DNA of 64,000 bases from a bacterium (GTDB lineage: Bacteria > Babelota > Babeliae > Babelales > UBA12409), in NCBI GenBank assembly GCA_018660415.1, contig JABJKG010000013.1:129874-193873 (forward strand). Reading direction: 5' to 3'. Position 1 is the first letter of the stretch. Each line of letters begins with the position of its first letter. Position numbers and translations under genes: made by a program. This document shows, piece after piece, positions 28,000 to 37,517 of this stretch. Below the pieces are notes generated by a model. It ran no database searches. It saw only the letters and a list, made by a program, of their open reading frames with translations, and was not told the origin of the DNA.

Positions 28000-29019
28000 G
28001 TGAAAAAACACTATGGTTTATATTTGATTCTAACTTTTATTGGCTTGATAGGCAACATGGATGCCAAAAGGATTTATATTGTTCCACCGGGAGGATATGA
28101 AGATGGTAAGTTGTTTAAGCTTTCCAATGATTGGCTTAATCGGGACATGGTTAATCAGATTTGGTGTGATTTGAAAGCGGAGCTTAATCGAAGAGGGCAT
28201 ACAATTCAAACAGTGCGTATGAATGCCAATATGAATAATTGTGATGCTCTTATTGTGTGTGGTATTTTCCCTCAATATTTTAATGTTTATCAACGATTGA
28301 CTAATGCTGGAAAAAGAGTTATTTCTCTTTTGTTTGAACCAAAAACGGTTGAGCCTCAGAGCTATAATAGGAACTATTACAATCATTTTACAAAAGTAAT
28401 AACAATGTATGATGATGATGTAAGAGAGGTCGGTAACTGTATGAAATTACATTATGCTCAGCCTCATTTATCTATGCGTGAATCAGTATCGTTCTCTAAA
28501 AAACGCTTATGTACTATGATTAACTCCAATAAGAGTTCTAATTATAAAAACTCTCTGTATGGTGAGCGTCAAAATGCAGTAAAAGAGCTAAGTAAGCATC
28601 CCCAAGACTTTACATTCTATGGTCAAGGTTGGAATGTAAAGCGATGGAAGTGTTATGGTGGTGGTGTTAAGAGTAAGTCGGATACTCTTGTGAATTTTAA
28701 ATTCTGTATTTGCTATGACAATACGAATGATGCCAATGGATATATCACTGAGAAAATTTTTGACAGCATGCAAGCAGGGTGTGTTCCTGTTTACCTAGGA
28801 GCTCCTAATATAACCGACTATGTTCCGGCAGAATGCTTGATTGATAAGAGAGATTTTAGCTCATATGAAGATCTCTACAACTTTATGAAAAACATGACCC
28901 AGGAAGAGTACCAAAAATATATAGATAATATTCAAGCTTTTTATGCTTCCGAGATGGCAGAAAGGTTTTCTGGTGCCCATTTTGCAAAAACTGTCTGTGA
29001 AGCTCTAGCTGTCGAATAA
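28000..29019 (+). CDS. GT10-type alpha-1,3/4-fucosyltransferase-like protein with N-terminal signal-anchor
   Basis: Variant of the alpha-1,3-FucT motif, FCICYDNTNDANGYITEKIFD, followed by GCVPVYLGAPN. GTG start. Confidence 0.7.
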   Translation: MKKHYGLYLILTFIGLIGNMDAKRIYIVPPGGYEDGKLFKLSNDWLNRDMVNQIWCDLKAELNRRGHTIQTVRMNANMNNCDALIVCGIFPQYFNVYQRLTNAGKRVISLLFEPKTVEPQSYNRNYYNHFTKVITMYDDDVREVGNCMKLHYAQPHLSMRESVSFSKKRLCTMINSNKSSNYKNSLYGERQNAVKELSKHPQDFTFYGQGWNVKRWKCYGGGVKSKSDTLVNFKFCICYDNTNDANGYITEKIFDSMQAGCVPVYLGAPNITDYVPAECLIDKRDFSSYEDLYNFMKNMTQEEYQKYIDNIQAFYASEMAERFSGAHFAKTVCEALAVE

Positions 29020-29024
29020 ATAAC

Positions 29025-29933
29025 CTATTTATAACGTATAAATCTCATGGCTCCACCTTGATAGTTGGGGCCTTGAGTTCGTGATACATAAATAACGCTA
29101 TCTTGGTTGAGCTGACTTTCTAGGTGATGAATATGTACAACTTTTTTTTCATTTTTTAGTTGCAGAACAAAATAGCCTCGCTCAGTGAAAAGACGATAGC
29201 CGTTTATATGGGCTAGAATACTAAATAAAGGCTGATCGTGTCGAGCTTCTCCTTTACCTTTAGAAGAGCTTCCATCATCAACAAATAGAGTGACATCTTT
29301 AGCAAATTCATACATCGGCATTACGTACTCGTCGTAGACCTTTCGTGAAACCCCTTGAAGGCCAGCAGTTACAGATGGAGTATCCTTACAGGTTAATAGC
29401 CCTCTATATTGCGCATACAGCTGGTTCATGATTTGTTTACGCACTCGTTTGGTAGAGCGATCTATAATGTTGTGCTCAGGGCCAGGGGCTAATAAAAAAT
29501 AGCCGTTTGCTTCTATATACTCAAAAATATCATTCAATGATTTGAGAACAGTAACTCCAGCATCTAAATAAAATACATACGGGAATTTATCTAGGGATTG
29601 CTTAATGACAACTGGTTTCCATGCATATGATCCAGGAACTCTTTTTCCGCTTCGCGTAGTAACTATGGGTTTAATAATATCAGGATGGACATGATCAACC
29701 TCATGAACCGTTACTTTTGCAATTTGTTTGAGTGAGTTGATTTGTTTTGCAGACATTCCCAGGTTAAATACAGCAATTTCTACAAGCTCATCAAAGTTAG
29801 TTTTATGGATACTGCCAATTAAATTTAAGAGGTTGGGATAATAAGTAGCATCAGACGCGGTACAATAATATTGAGGAATGCTATAGCTGAGTTGGGTGAT
29901 GAGTAATAGTGATAAAAGGGAAAACTTTTTCAT
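29025..29933 (-). CDS. Unassigned GT-A-like protein, paralogue of 19576-20472
   Basis: Shares the motifs listed for 19576-20472 and has signal MKKFSLLSLLLITQLSYS. Confidence 0.6.
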   Translation of the reverse strand: MKKFSLLSLLLITQLSYSIPQYYCTASDATYYPNLLNLIGSIHKTNFDELVEIAVFNLGMSAKQINSLKQIAKVTVHEVDHVHPDIIKPIVTTRSGKRVPGSYAWKPVVIKQSLDKFPYVFYLDAGVTVLKSLNDIFEYIEANGYFLLAPGPEHNIIDRSTKRVRKQIMNQLYAQYRGLLTCKDTPSVTAGLQGVSRKVYDEYVMPMYEFAKDVTLFVDDGSSSKGKGEARHDQPLFSILAHINGYRLFTERGYFVLQLKNEKKVVHIHHLESQLNQDSVIYVSRTQGPNYQGGAMRFIRYK

Positions 29934-29996
29934 AAAGAATCCTTAGGCTAGTGAAAAATCTAATTTTTTTAAGGTAATCACAACTCAAAAAAGTTG

Positions 29997-30758
29997 TCAA
30001 AGCTCATGGTTGGTGATTTTTGGATATTGAGGCTTGCTGCGTATGACCTGAGCAATATCTAATTGTTCTTGATAATTGTTTTTAAAGTCATTGAGTGGGG
30101 TTTGATTGTTGTAGATATATAAGACTTCTCGAATAAATCGTATGTGTCCTCGTGCCATTTCGACCATTGGTAACATTTCAGCTACATCGCCAGCAATTTG
30201 AAAAAACTCACCCTGATGTTGAAGATCGTTTTTAGGAATTTTTTTAAAAAGCCATGCATAATAAGTTCTGAGTGCGCTTGTGTAATAACAGGTTGACGCA
30301 CGAAAATCAAAATCTTGGGGTAGTTTTTTACAGTGGCCTTTTTTATTACTAGGGAACCGTTTATATTGTCCGTACGTTACCCAGATATCATACTTAGAAT
30401 AGACTTTATTGATTTTCTTTAAGACATTATCATGAGCAAACCAATCATCACCATCTAGGATGAGAATTATTTCATTATTTTCACACAAGTGAGAGCCTTT
30501 ATAGCGGTTAGCGGTAGCGCCCTGCCGAGTTTCATTTTTAATGAGGGTTACACGCTGTTGTTGGTGTTTTTCATAAATGTACTGTTCTACTAGGTGAGCT
30601 GTGTTATCTGAAGAGTGATCATCAAGATAAATAATACGATAGTTGGTGTAGTTTTGGTTGAAGATGGAATCAAGGTTGTGTTTATACCACTGAGCATTGT
30701 TATAGGAAGGGACTACAACAACGAGTTTTTTTTCAGGGATAGGTTTAAAAAAGAACAT
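29997..30758 (-). CDS. GT2 glycosyltransferase (the only enzyme of the island without an obvious hydrophobic N-terminus)
   Basis: Motifs VVVPSYNNAQWYKHNLDSIFNQNYTNYRIIYLDDHSSDNT, LDGDDW and RTYYAWLFKKI. Confidence 0.8.
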   Translation of the reverse strand: MFFFKPIPEKKLVVVVPSYNNAQWYKHNLDSIFNQNYTNYRIIYLDDHSSDNTAHLVEQYIYEKHQQQRVTLIKNETRQGATANRYKGSHLCENNEIILILDGDDWFAHDNVLKKINKVYSKYDIWVTYGQYKRFPSNKKGHCKKLPQDFDFRASTCYYTSALRTYYAWLFKKIPKNDLQHQGEFFQIAGDVAEMLPMVEMARGHIRFIREVLYIYNNQTPLNDFKNNYQEQLDIAQVIRSKPQYPKITNHEL

Positions 30759-30760
30759 GT

Positions 30761-31774
30761 TTATTCCTTTAAGCAGGATAAGTAAGTTTCTATCATAGCT
30801 TCTTGGGAAAAAGGACGAGCTTGGGGTCCAGCCAAGAAGTTTTTTATATTGGTTAGGTATTGCTCATGTTTTTTTGCTGATATATTTTTTATAAAACTAT
30901 AGAGCTCTTGATATGAGTTAAAGTTTCTCATATTGATAAAACAGTTTTGAGGAATATATTTATCTATATTTGGTGCACCGAGATATATAGGGACACAGCC
31001 TCCAAAAAAGCAGTCAAAGATTTTTTCAGTGATATAGCCAGCAGGGCCATCCATGTTTTCAAAGCAAATGTAAAAGCGATAATTGCTCATGCATTTATAC
31101 TTATTATCAACGGAACCTTTATAGCTTTTCTGGCGATTGCCAGCACATGAACGGCCGAATAAATCAAGTTCATACGTGTTTAAATTGTCAAAGAAGTCTA
31201 TTATTTCTAGGCGTTTATTGAAGAGTGCCTGTGGGTGGTTGGAGTGGCGATTGCTACTAATCATGGTACAGAGCTTTTTTTTATTAAAAGGGCGTTGATC
31301 GTGCATGAATGGGTTGGTTGGATTTAAATTGTATTGCATCCAATGAAATTTATGCACCTTTTTATTATCAATTAGTTCGTCGTTCCAGGTGAATATATTA
31401 TCAACAATATCCCATCGACGTTGTTGGTATTGATGGGGGCTGGTAGCTGGTGGTTCAAATAGAAACGCTGCCGTTTTAGCATTGCGTAATGGCCTTAGCT
31501 TTCCATGGGTTAATGACATGGGCAAGTTGAAGAAAATAACACAATCGGCGTCATAGGAATCCTGTAGTGATTGTAGTGAGTACTTGGCGGCTTGAGCACT
31601 ATAACCCTTTTTATGTAGAGCTTTTTTAAATTTTTTCCAAAAACCATTATCGTGTTCATCTTGTTGAAAAAAGTCACCATAGTCTTGTGCAAGATCATAC
31701 AAAAGCCGCAGCTTTTTTTGTTGAGGCTGTATGAGCGTTGGGAGTAAAAAGGCGTATAATAATAGTTTTTTCAT
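30761..31774 (-). CDS. GT10-type alpha-1,3/4-fucosyltransferase-like protein with N-terminal signal-anchor
   Basis: Canonical FYICFENMDGPAGYITEKIFD followed by GCVPIYLGAPN. The preferred start forms an ATGA stop/start overlap with the upstream gene. An alternative ATG is at 31798. Confidence 0.8.
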   Translation of the reverse strand: MKKLLLYAFLLPTLIQPQQKKLRLLYDLAQDYGDFFQQDEHDNGFWKKFKKALHKKGYSAQAAKYSLQSLQDSYDADCVIFFNLPMSLTHGKLRPLRNAKTAAFLFEPPATSPHQYQQRRWDIVDNIFTWNDELIDNKKVHKFHWMQYNLNPTNPFMHDQRPFNKKKLCTMISSNRHSNHPQALFNKRLEIIDFFDNLNTYELDLFGRSCAGNRQKSYKGSVDNKYKCMSNYRFYICFENMDGPAGYITEKIFDCFFGGCVPIYLGAPNIDKYIPQNCFINMRNFNSYQELYSFIKNISAKKHEQYLTNIKNFLAGPQARPFSQEAMIETYLSCLKE

Positions 31775-33918
31775 AACTTTTCTGCGGTTTGGTAGCACGG
31801 AGTAGTGAGTACTTTATGATGAACTTTTGCTTCTACGGTTTTATCAATGTTTTTAAAATCGTTGAGTGGGGAATCGATATTGCGCATTAAAAGTGGTTTC
31901 GAAATATAGGAGATATTAGTTTCAGCCATTTCTAAAATAGGATAGAAGGTTGCAGCATCATGGAACACTGGGATGAAGGCATTATCGATCATGAGATCTT
32001 CTTTTCTTATCCGTTTGAAGAGCCACGCATAATAGGTGCGTAGTCCTGAATAATGCCAAACCCTTTCTCTGAATGCTTTATTTTTTACTACCCATAATGG
32101 TGTTTGTTTACACCAGTTTTGCATATTGAGCTTTTTTGCAAGCTCGGGAGGGTTGTTTATATAGTTTCCATATACGGCCCAAGAACCTTGTTGATACTCT
32201 TTGTTAAGTCGGGTGAGAACATAGGGATCGATTAAGTAGTCATCACCATCAAGCTCTACGATGATAGAGTCATCAGGGCATGAATGAATGGCGCTATAAA
32301 GGTTGCTGAGTTTTTTATTTCGGTGGCTATTGCAAACAAGGGTGACCAGATTTTTTTTGTCCTTTTGTTCTAAATATTCTTGAACGAATTGCCCCGTATT
32401 ATCTGGTGATTGATCATCAACGTATATGACATTGAAATTAGGATATTGTTGTTCAAGTACCGAATCTAAGTTCTTAACATAATATTTACTATTATTGTAG
32501 GAGGTTATTAGTACGGTAAAGTGGTGATCGTGTTCCTGGGCATATTTTCTATTCGAGAGTAATTGTTGCACATGATACATAAGGTTAGGAATTGTTGAAA
32601 GCCATCCATGCCTGATCCTTTTTATAAACATTTGGCTCAGGTGATTTTGTTGGTGAATAAGGATTCCATAAGTCATTACGAAAAACAATGCATTAGAGAA
32701 AAGAGTGGCAATTACGCAACCATAAATATTAAAACGTGGTATTAAAAGGATATTAAGGCCGATATTGGTGGATGCTGCAGAAATGTTAGTGACGAGAATG
32801 GTCCAGGTTTTTTTCTTAAAAACCAGATAACAGGAGCTAAAATAGGTTCCCATAAAAAGAACATTCCCGAGTAGCATTGGTAAGACATACTGGAGAGATT
32901 GGTGGTACTTTGTAGGTAAGAACCATGGTCCTACTTTAAGAGCAAATAATGAGGCAATGGTTACGCTGACTCCCATGAATGCCATAGCAAGCCACATGGT
33001 TTTGAGGTTGCGATTTTCTATTGTTTTAAGGGGTTCTTTTTTTTCAGCGTATTGTTTGAGCATATATGGAACGTAGGAACCGCTAAGAGGTAAAAGTACG
33101 GTCATTTGAAACATCATGGTTGATTGATCAGCAAATGCGTAAATACCTACATTATGCATATTGGTCAGATCTGCCAACACCCAACGATCGCCAAAAGAAA
33201 GGATCCAATTGAATAAAATATTAGGGATAAAGGGAAGTCCTAGCCATAATAAGTTTCTTGCATCTTTAAACTGAGGAATTTTTATATATTCTTTTTTTTT
33301 CAAACCAATTTGTTTTTTGTAATAAAAGAAGGCTATGGCACAAATGGTAGAGATTCCAAGAAAATTACTGGTGATAACACCAAGGATTCTGAAGTTGTAA
33401 TAAAAGACAAGAATAGCCGTGGAAGCGATCGATACTAAGGCAGCAGTAAGTTGGATAATGGTGAGCTTGCGGGCGTTACTTTGATAGCGCAATACCTGAA
33501 GATATAACTCGGAAAAAAACTGCACAAAACAATAGATCATGGCCAGTATCATGATGGTTTTTGATGCAAGTCCCAAAAATATAAATTGATTTAGCCAATG
33601 CTGGTTGATGATTAATAAAATAAATATGGGTATAGCAATTACAAGATACGTTTGGATGATGCTATGAAACACTTGTTTGCGCCCAGCCGAGTCATGATGG
33701 AAGTACTCGAGTCCAAATACTTGTCGGAGTCCAAGATTCAAAAAAAGAGGGAATAGCGCACAAAAATTATTTATGAGAGAAAGAAGCCCAAATTCTGATG
33801 TGGTTAGGATGGTTACCGTTACCAGAGTTGTGCCCCATGTAATTCCACGTAGTACAATGGCGCCACACGAGTATGTTAAAAAATTCTTGATGAGAGTTGT
33901 ATTGAAGTGTTTTATCAT
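31771..33918 (-). CDS. Fusion protein: Wzx/MOP-type polysaccharide flippase (about 440 aa, multi-TM) plus C-terminal GT2 domain
   Basis: The N-terminus has many TM helices and Polysacc_synt-like features (LIKNF..Y..G......TTSEFGLLSL). The C-terminus has VLITSYNNSKYYVKNLDSVLEQQYPNFNVIYVDDQSPDNT, LDGDDY and RTYYAWLFKRI. Confidence 0.65.
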   Translation of the reverse strand: MIKHFNTTLIKNFLTYSCGAIVLRGITWGTTLVTVTILTTSEFGLLSLINNFCALFPLFLNLGLRQVFGLEYFHHDSAGRKQVFHSIIQTYLVIAIPIFILLIINQHWLNQFIFLGLASKTIMILAMIYCFVQFFSELYLQVLRYQSNARKLTIIQLTAALVSIASTAILVFYYNFRILGVITSNFLGISTICAIAFFYYKKQIGLKKKEYIKIPQFKDARNLLWLGLPFIPNILFNWILSFGDRWVLADLTNMHNVGIYAFADQSTMMFQMTVLLPLSGSYVPYMLKQYAEKKEPLKTIENRNLKTMWLAMAFMGVSVTIASLFALKVGPWFLPTKYHQSLQYVLPMLLGNVLFMGTYFSSCYLVFKKKTWTILVTNISAASTNIGLNILLIPRFNIYGCVIATLFSNALFFVMTYGILIHQQNHLSQMFIKRIRHGWLSTIPNLMYHVQQLLSNRKYAQEHDHHFTVLITSYNNSKYYVKNLDSVLEQQYPNFNVIYVDDQSPDNTGQFVQEYLEQKDKKNLVTLVCNSHRNKKLSNLYSAIHSCPDDSIIVELDGDDYLIDPYVLTRLNKEYQQGSWAVYGNYINNPPELAKKLNMQNWCKQTPLWVVKNKAFRERVWHYSGLRTYYAWLFKRIRKEDLMIDNAFIPVFHDAATFYPILEMAETNISYISKPLLMRNIDSPLNDFKNIDKTVEAKVHHKVLTTPCYQTAEKL

Positions 33919-33940
33919 ACAAGTTCAGTAACGCCATCGA

Positions 33941-34897
33941 TTATGAAGTTTTTAATGCATTAGTGAGAGATTCTATTTTTGATGATTGATAGTTAATTTT
34001 TTTCAATAAATTTAGCGACTTATAGGCCTCTGTACGGTTTGAAGAATAGAAATCTATAATGCTTTTCCATAGAATATATGGCCCTAAAATACACTTGTCA
34101 GATCGACAGAACCGTTTGTACAGGTTTAACATAAATTCTTTATCTACAGAATTAATGTCTTTTAATCCAAGTTCTACATTGTTATTTACTGTTTGATTTT
34201 CTTCTTCTAAGCGACTTTGAGTCATAATTTTAATTGCAGGTGAAATTTCTACAGAGTCATCATCGAAGGCTATGAGTACGTCTCCATAAATAACTATTTG
34301 ATAGTGAGGGTTGATATCTTTAAGGAGGGCAATCGTTTCATTAAGGGTGGGATATCCACTTTGATCCCGGTGGGATGGGTAGGTATTATATTTTGAAAAA
34401 AAACGCATATCATCAACAATAATAACAGCATTGCTAACGTTTGACTGTTTAATAGCACGGAGCTCGTTTTTGATTGGTGTATTTTCTTCTCCTCGAGCAG
34501 TATCGCCACTGGACCAGTGAGCGTCAAGAAAGAAAAGTATTTTCCCTTGAGAGCCTTTGACCATTTGAGGTAAAGTAGCTGCAGAATCGCCATGATATAT
34601 ATGAATGTGTGATTGATTCTTAAACATGTTTTCACATCGTTTGAATAGGTGGTCAGAAAGTTCTACCGAGTGGATGTCAGAAAAGATAGGGGATGCAAAT
34701 TTTACGCTTTCTCCAGAACAAGTGCCAGTTTCAATGAATGTTACGATATTAAAGGTTTGTTTAATATAACGGAAAAAATCTGGTGTAAGAGCATCGTCAT
34801 AATTTTTAGCAGGCATCAATTCAAGACTGTTTGGGCATACATTTACGATAGAAAAAAGATTGAGAACCAATAGTATCTTTGATAGAGTTTTCTTCAT
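33941..34897 (-). CDS. Putative Rossmann-fold (SAM-dependent methyltransferase-like) protein with signal peptide
   Basis: Motifs FIETGTCSGES, HSVELS, FFLDAHW and IIVDDMRFF. Family not firmly recognised. Confidence 0.4.
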   Translation of the reverse strand: MKKTLSKILLVLNLFSIVNVCPNSLELMPAKNYDDALTPDFFRYIKQTFNIVTFIETGTCSGESVKFASPIFSDIHSVELSDHLFKRCENMFKNQSHIHIYHGDSAATLPQMVKGSQGKILFFLDAHWSSGDTARGEENTPIKNELRAIKQSNVSNAVIIVDDMRFFSKYNTYPSHRDQSGYPTLNETIALLKDINPHYQIVIYGDVLIAFDDDSVEISPAIKIMTQSRLEEENQTVNNNVELGLKDINSVDKEFMLNLYKRFCRSDKCILGPYILWKSIIDFYSSNRTEAYKSLNLLKKINYQSSKIESLTNALKTS

Positions 34898-34920
34898 GAA
34901 TTATTCCTTTTTTATTTTTC

Positions 34921-36153
34921 CTACTCAAATGGGAACTGCTGACAAAATAATTGTACCTTATCTTTAAGATCTTTCAAAATATTTTCATCGTTACGGTTTT
35001 GTAACGCTTGATCAATCCAGATAGCGATCTGTCGCATTTGCTCTTCTTTCATGTGCCGTGATGTCAGCATTGGAGTACCCAGGCGGATACCACTGGTTAC
35101 AAATGGTGACTGAGGATCAAATGGGATAGTGTTACGGTTTACATAGATATCAATAGATTCAAGAGTTTCTTCGGCTTCCTTGCCAGTTAGCTCTTTTGAT
35201 CGTAGGTCCAGAATGAAAAGGTGGTTGTCTGTTTCTTTTGATACGAGGTCATAACCTAAATTTCTAAACTCATTAGCCAGTGCTTGGGCATTGCGAATGA
35301 TTTGTTTTTGGTATTCTACATACTCAGGTTGCATGGCAAGATGATACGCGACAGCTTTTCCGGCGATTACGTTCATAAATGGTCCACCTTGCAATCCTGG
35401 CATGACGGCACGGTCAATTTGTGCGGCCCATTCTTTCTTGCACAATATGAAGCCTCCTCGTGGCCCTCTGAGAGTTTTATGGGTGGTGCTCGTGACAAAA
35501 TCTGCATATGGAACTGGGCTGGCATGGAGATGAGCGGCAACAAGGCCGGCGATATGGGCCATGTCGACCATGAGAAGGGCGCCAACCGAGTCGGCAATCT
35601 TTCTAAACTCGGCAAAATTGATTGAGCGTGAGTAGGCGGAGGCGCCTGCCACTATCAGCTTGGGTTTATGTTCGGTTACTATTTGCTGGATGGCAGCATA
35701 GTCGATCTCTTGGGTTTGTTCGTCGACTTCATAGTTGATGAAGTTATAAAAAGTTCCTGAGAAGTTGATGGGATGGCCGTGGGTTAAGTGTCCGCCACTC
35801 TTGAGGCTCATGGCTACAACGGTATCGCCAGGCTTGAGCGCTGCAAAATAGACTGCGGCATTGGCTTGGGATCCTGAGTGTGGTTGAACATTGGCATGTT
35901 CAGCTTGAAAGAGTGTCTTACAGCGATCACGGGCTAGGTTTTCTATTTCATCGACAAATTGGCAGCCAGCATAATACCGGCGGCCAGGATACCCTTCAGC
36001 ATACTTGTTTGTGAGTATCGAGCCTACAGCCTCGCGGACTGGTAGTGGGCAGTAGTTTTCCGAGGCGATAAGGTTGATAGTGCTTTCTAGGCGGTGAAAT
36101 TCTTTGTCGATAAGCTCATTGATAGCAGAATCAGCTCGTTTAAGTGCTTCCAT
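34921..36153 (-). CDS. glyA: Serine hydroxymethyltransferase
   Basis: Motifs [12 protein letters not shown] (PLP lysine), [13 protein letters not shown] and [10 protein letters not shown]. Confidence 0.97.
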   Translation of the reverse strand: MEALKRADSAINELIDKEFHRLESTINLIASENYCPLPVREAVGSILTNKYAEGYPGRRYYAGCQFVDEIENLARDRCKTLFQAEHANVQPHSGSQANAAVYFAALKPGDTVVAMSLKSGGHLTHGHPINFSGTFYNFINYEVDEQTQEIDYAAIQQIVTEHKPKLIVAGASAYSRSINFAEFRKIADSVGALLMVDMAHIAGLVAAHLHASPVPYADFVTSTTHKTLRGPRGGFILCKKEWAAQIDRAVMPGLQGGPFMNVIAGKAVAYHLAMQPEYVEYQKQIIRNAQALANEFRNLGYDLVSKETDNHLFILDLRSKELTGKEAEETLESIDIYVNRNTIPFDPQSPFVTSGIRLGTPMLTSRHMKEEQMRQIAIWIDQALQNRNDENILKDLKDKVQLFCQQFPFE

Positions 36154-36361
36154 GGTCCCTCTTTGTATTTTTTGCTTTCAGTGTACCCCTGTTGGCTGGT
36201 CTTGCCAATCCCGAAAGGCTTTTTTAAAGGGTTTGGTTTTTTTGACAATTTGCGTCAAATAAGGGAAAATAATAACAAGTTAACTTATCAAAAGTGGGCG
36301 GTTCAATAGAGAAAATATTCTTATTGGGATCGTATCCATCTTATCCTAAAAATTAGAGGAA

Positions 36362-36934
36362 ATGCTTGTGATTACAGCGTCAGAGTTTAGAAAGGGTTCA
36401 AAGTTTATCTATAACGGAGATCCACATGCTGTTGTAGACTTTCAACATGTTAAGCCAGGCAAGGGTGGTGCTTTTGTTCGAACCAAGATGAAAAACCTTA
36501 TTTCTGGGTCGATTTACGAAGAGACCTTTAGAACTGAAGAAAAATTCAAGCGTCCTGATCTTCAGTACAAGGATGTTCAATTTTTATATAACGATGCTGA
36601 AGGCTACCACTTCATGGATCAAGAGAGTTATGAACAGATTTCCTTAAAGTTGGACCAGTTGAGTGACGTTAAAGATTTTCTTAAAGAAGAGACTGTCTAT
36701 CGGGTTTTATCGTATGAAGATAATCCTATCGAGATTACTCCGCCATTGTTTATGGAGTTGGAAGTAACTGAAACGGTGCCTGGTATTCGTGGAGATACTG
36801 CTCAGGGTAGAGCTACAAAGCCTGCTACATTGGAAACAGGACTTGCTATTCAGGTTCCTTTGTTTGTAAATGAAGGTGATAAGATCAAGGTAGATACTCG
36901 TGATTCTAAATACATTGAACGAGTTAAGAACTAA
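36362..36934 (+). CDS. efp: Elongation factor P
   Basis: Loop HVKPGKGGAFVRTKMKNL. Length is 190 aa, consistent with the three-domain EF-P. Confidence 0.95.
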   Translation: MLVITASEFRKGSKFIYNGDPHAVVDFQHVKPGKGGAFVRTKMKNLISGSIYEETFRTEEKFKRPDLQYKDVQFLYNDAEGYHFMDQESYEQISLKLDQLSDVKDFLKEETVYRVLSYEDNPIEITPPLFMELEVTETVPGIRGDTAQGRATKPATLETGLAIQVPLFVNEGDKIKVDTRDSKYIERVKN

Positions 36935-36953
36935 AAAAAGAGGTTATAAAAAA

Positions 36954-37502
36954 ATGGACGATAACAATAATAACAACCTCGACAATAGTACGTTAGAAGT
37001 TGATTTACAGTTAATTCAGATCAAGAAGATAGACGGTGAGTATTCTCGTCGGCAGATTCGGTCACTTGTTTTCCACTTGTTATATGCAATGGAAGAGTTT
37101 GACTATGATGTGTCTTTAGACTCATTGATTGATAATTTCAATCGTGGGTTCGATCAAGAGATCGAGATTGATGGTGAAATCGCTACTATCACTCAAAAGG
37201 TTATTGATGATCGTCATGAACTGGATAAGCAGTTACAACCATTCCTAGAAAAATGGCGCTTGGAACGGCTTGGTGTTTGTACCAAAATTATACTTCGGCT
37301 TGGATTATGGGAGATGCTTCATGACAATGTCAGAACCATTATCGCTATCAATGAAGCCGTTGAGTTAGCAAAATGCTTTACTGAAAAGGATGCATACAAG
37401 TTTATCAATGGTGTCCTTGATAGAATCGCTACCCATCTTGGCAAGAAGGATGAGAAAGAGGATGATGATAAGGCTACTGATTCAGAAGAAGCTTCTGACT
37501 AG
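36954..37502 (+). CDS. nusB: Transcription antitermination factor NusB (poly-Asn N-terminus, acidic C-terminal tail)
   Basis: Motifs RRQIRSLVFHLLYAME, ILRLGLWEM, AINEAVELAK and FINGVLDRI. An AAGAGG site precedes the ATG at 36954. Confidence 0.8.
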   Translation: MDDNNNNNLDNSTLEVDLQLIQIKKIDGEYSRRQIRSLVFHLLYAMEEFDYDVSLDSLIDNFNRGFDQEIEIDGEIATITQKVIDDRHELDKQLQPFLEKWRLERLGVCTKIILRLGLWEMLHDNVRTIIAINEAVELAKCFTEKDAYKFINGVLDRIATHLGKKDEKEDDDKATDSEEASD

Positions 37503-37517
37503 AGCGTGAAAACAAAT

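Noticed and set aside
10040-34897. Labelling the locus as a standard O-antigen or capsule cluster
   Set aside because: I cannot find Wzy, Wzz, an initiating phosphoglycosyltransferase (WecA/WbaP type), a ligase, or Kps/ABC export genes in the window. I therefore left the product undefined.
36900-36953. Upstream extension of nusB overlapping efp
   Set aside because: The ATG at 36954 is preceded by AAGAGG and lies after the efp stop, so the extension is unnecessary.
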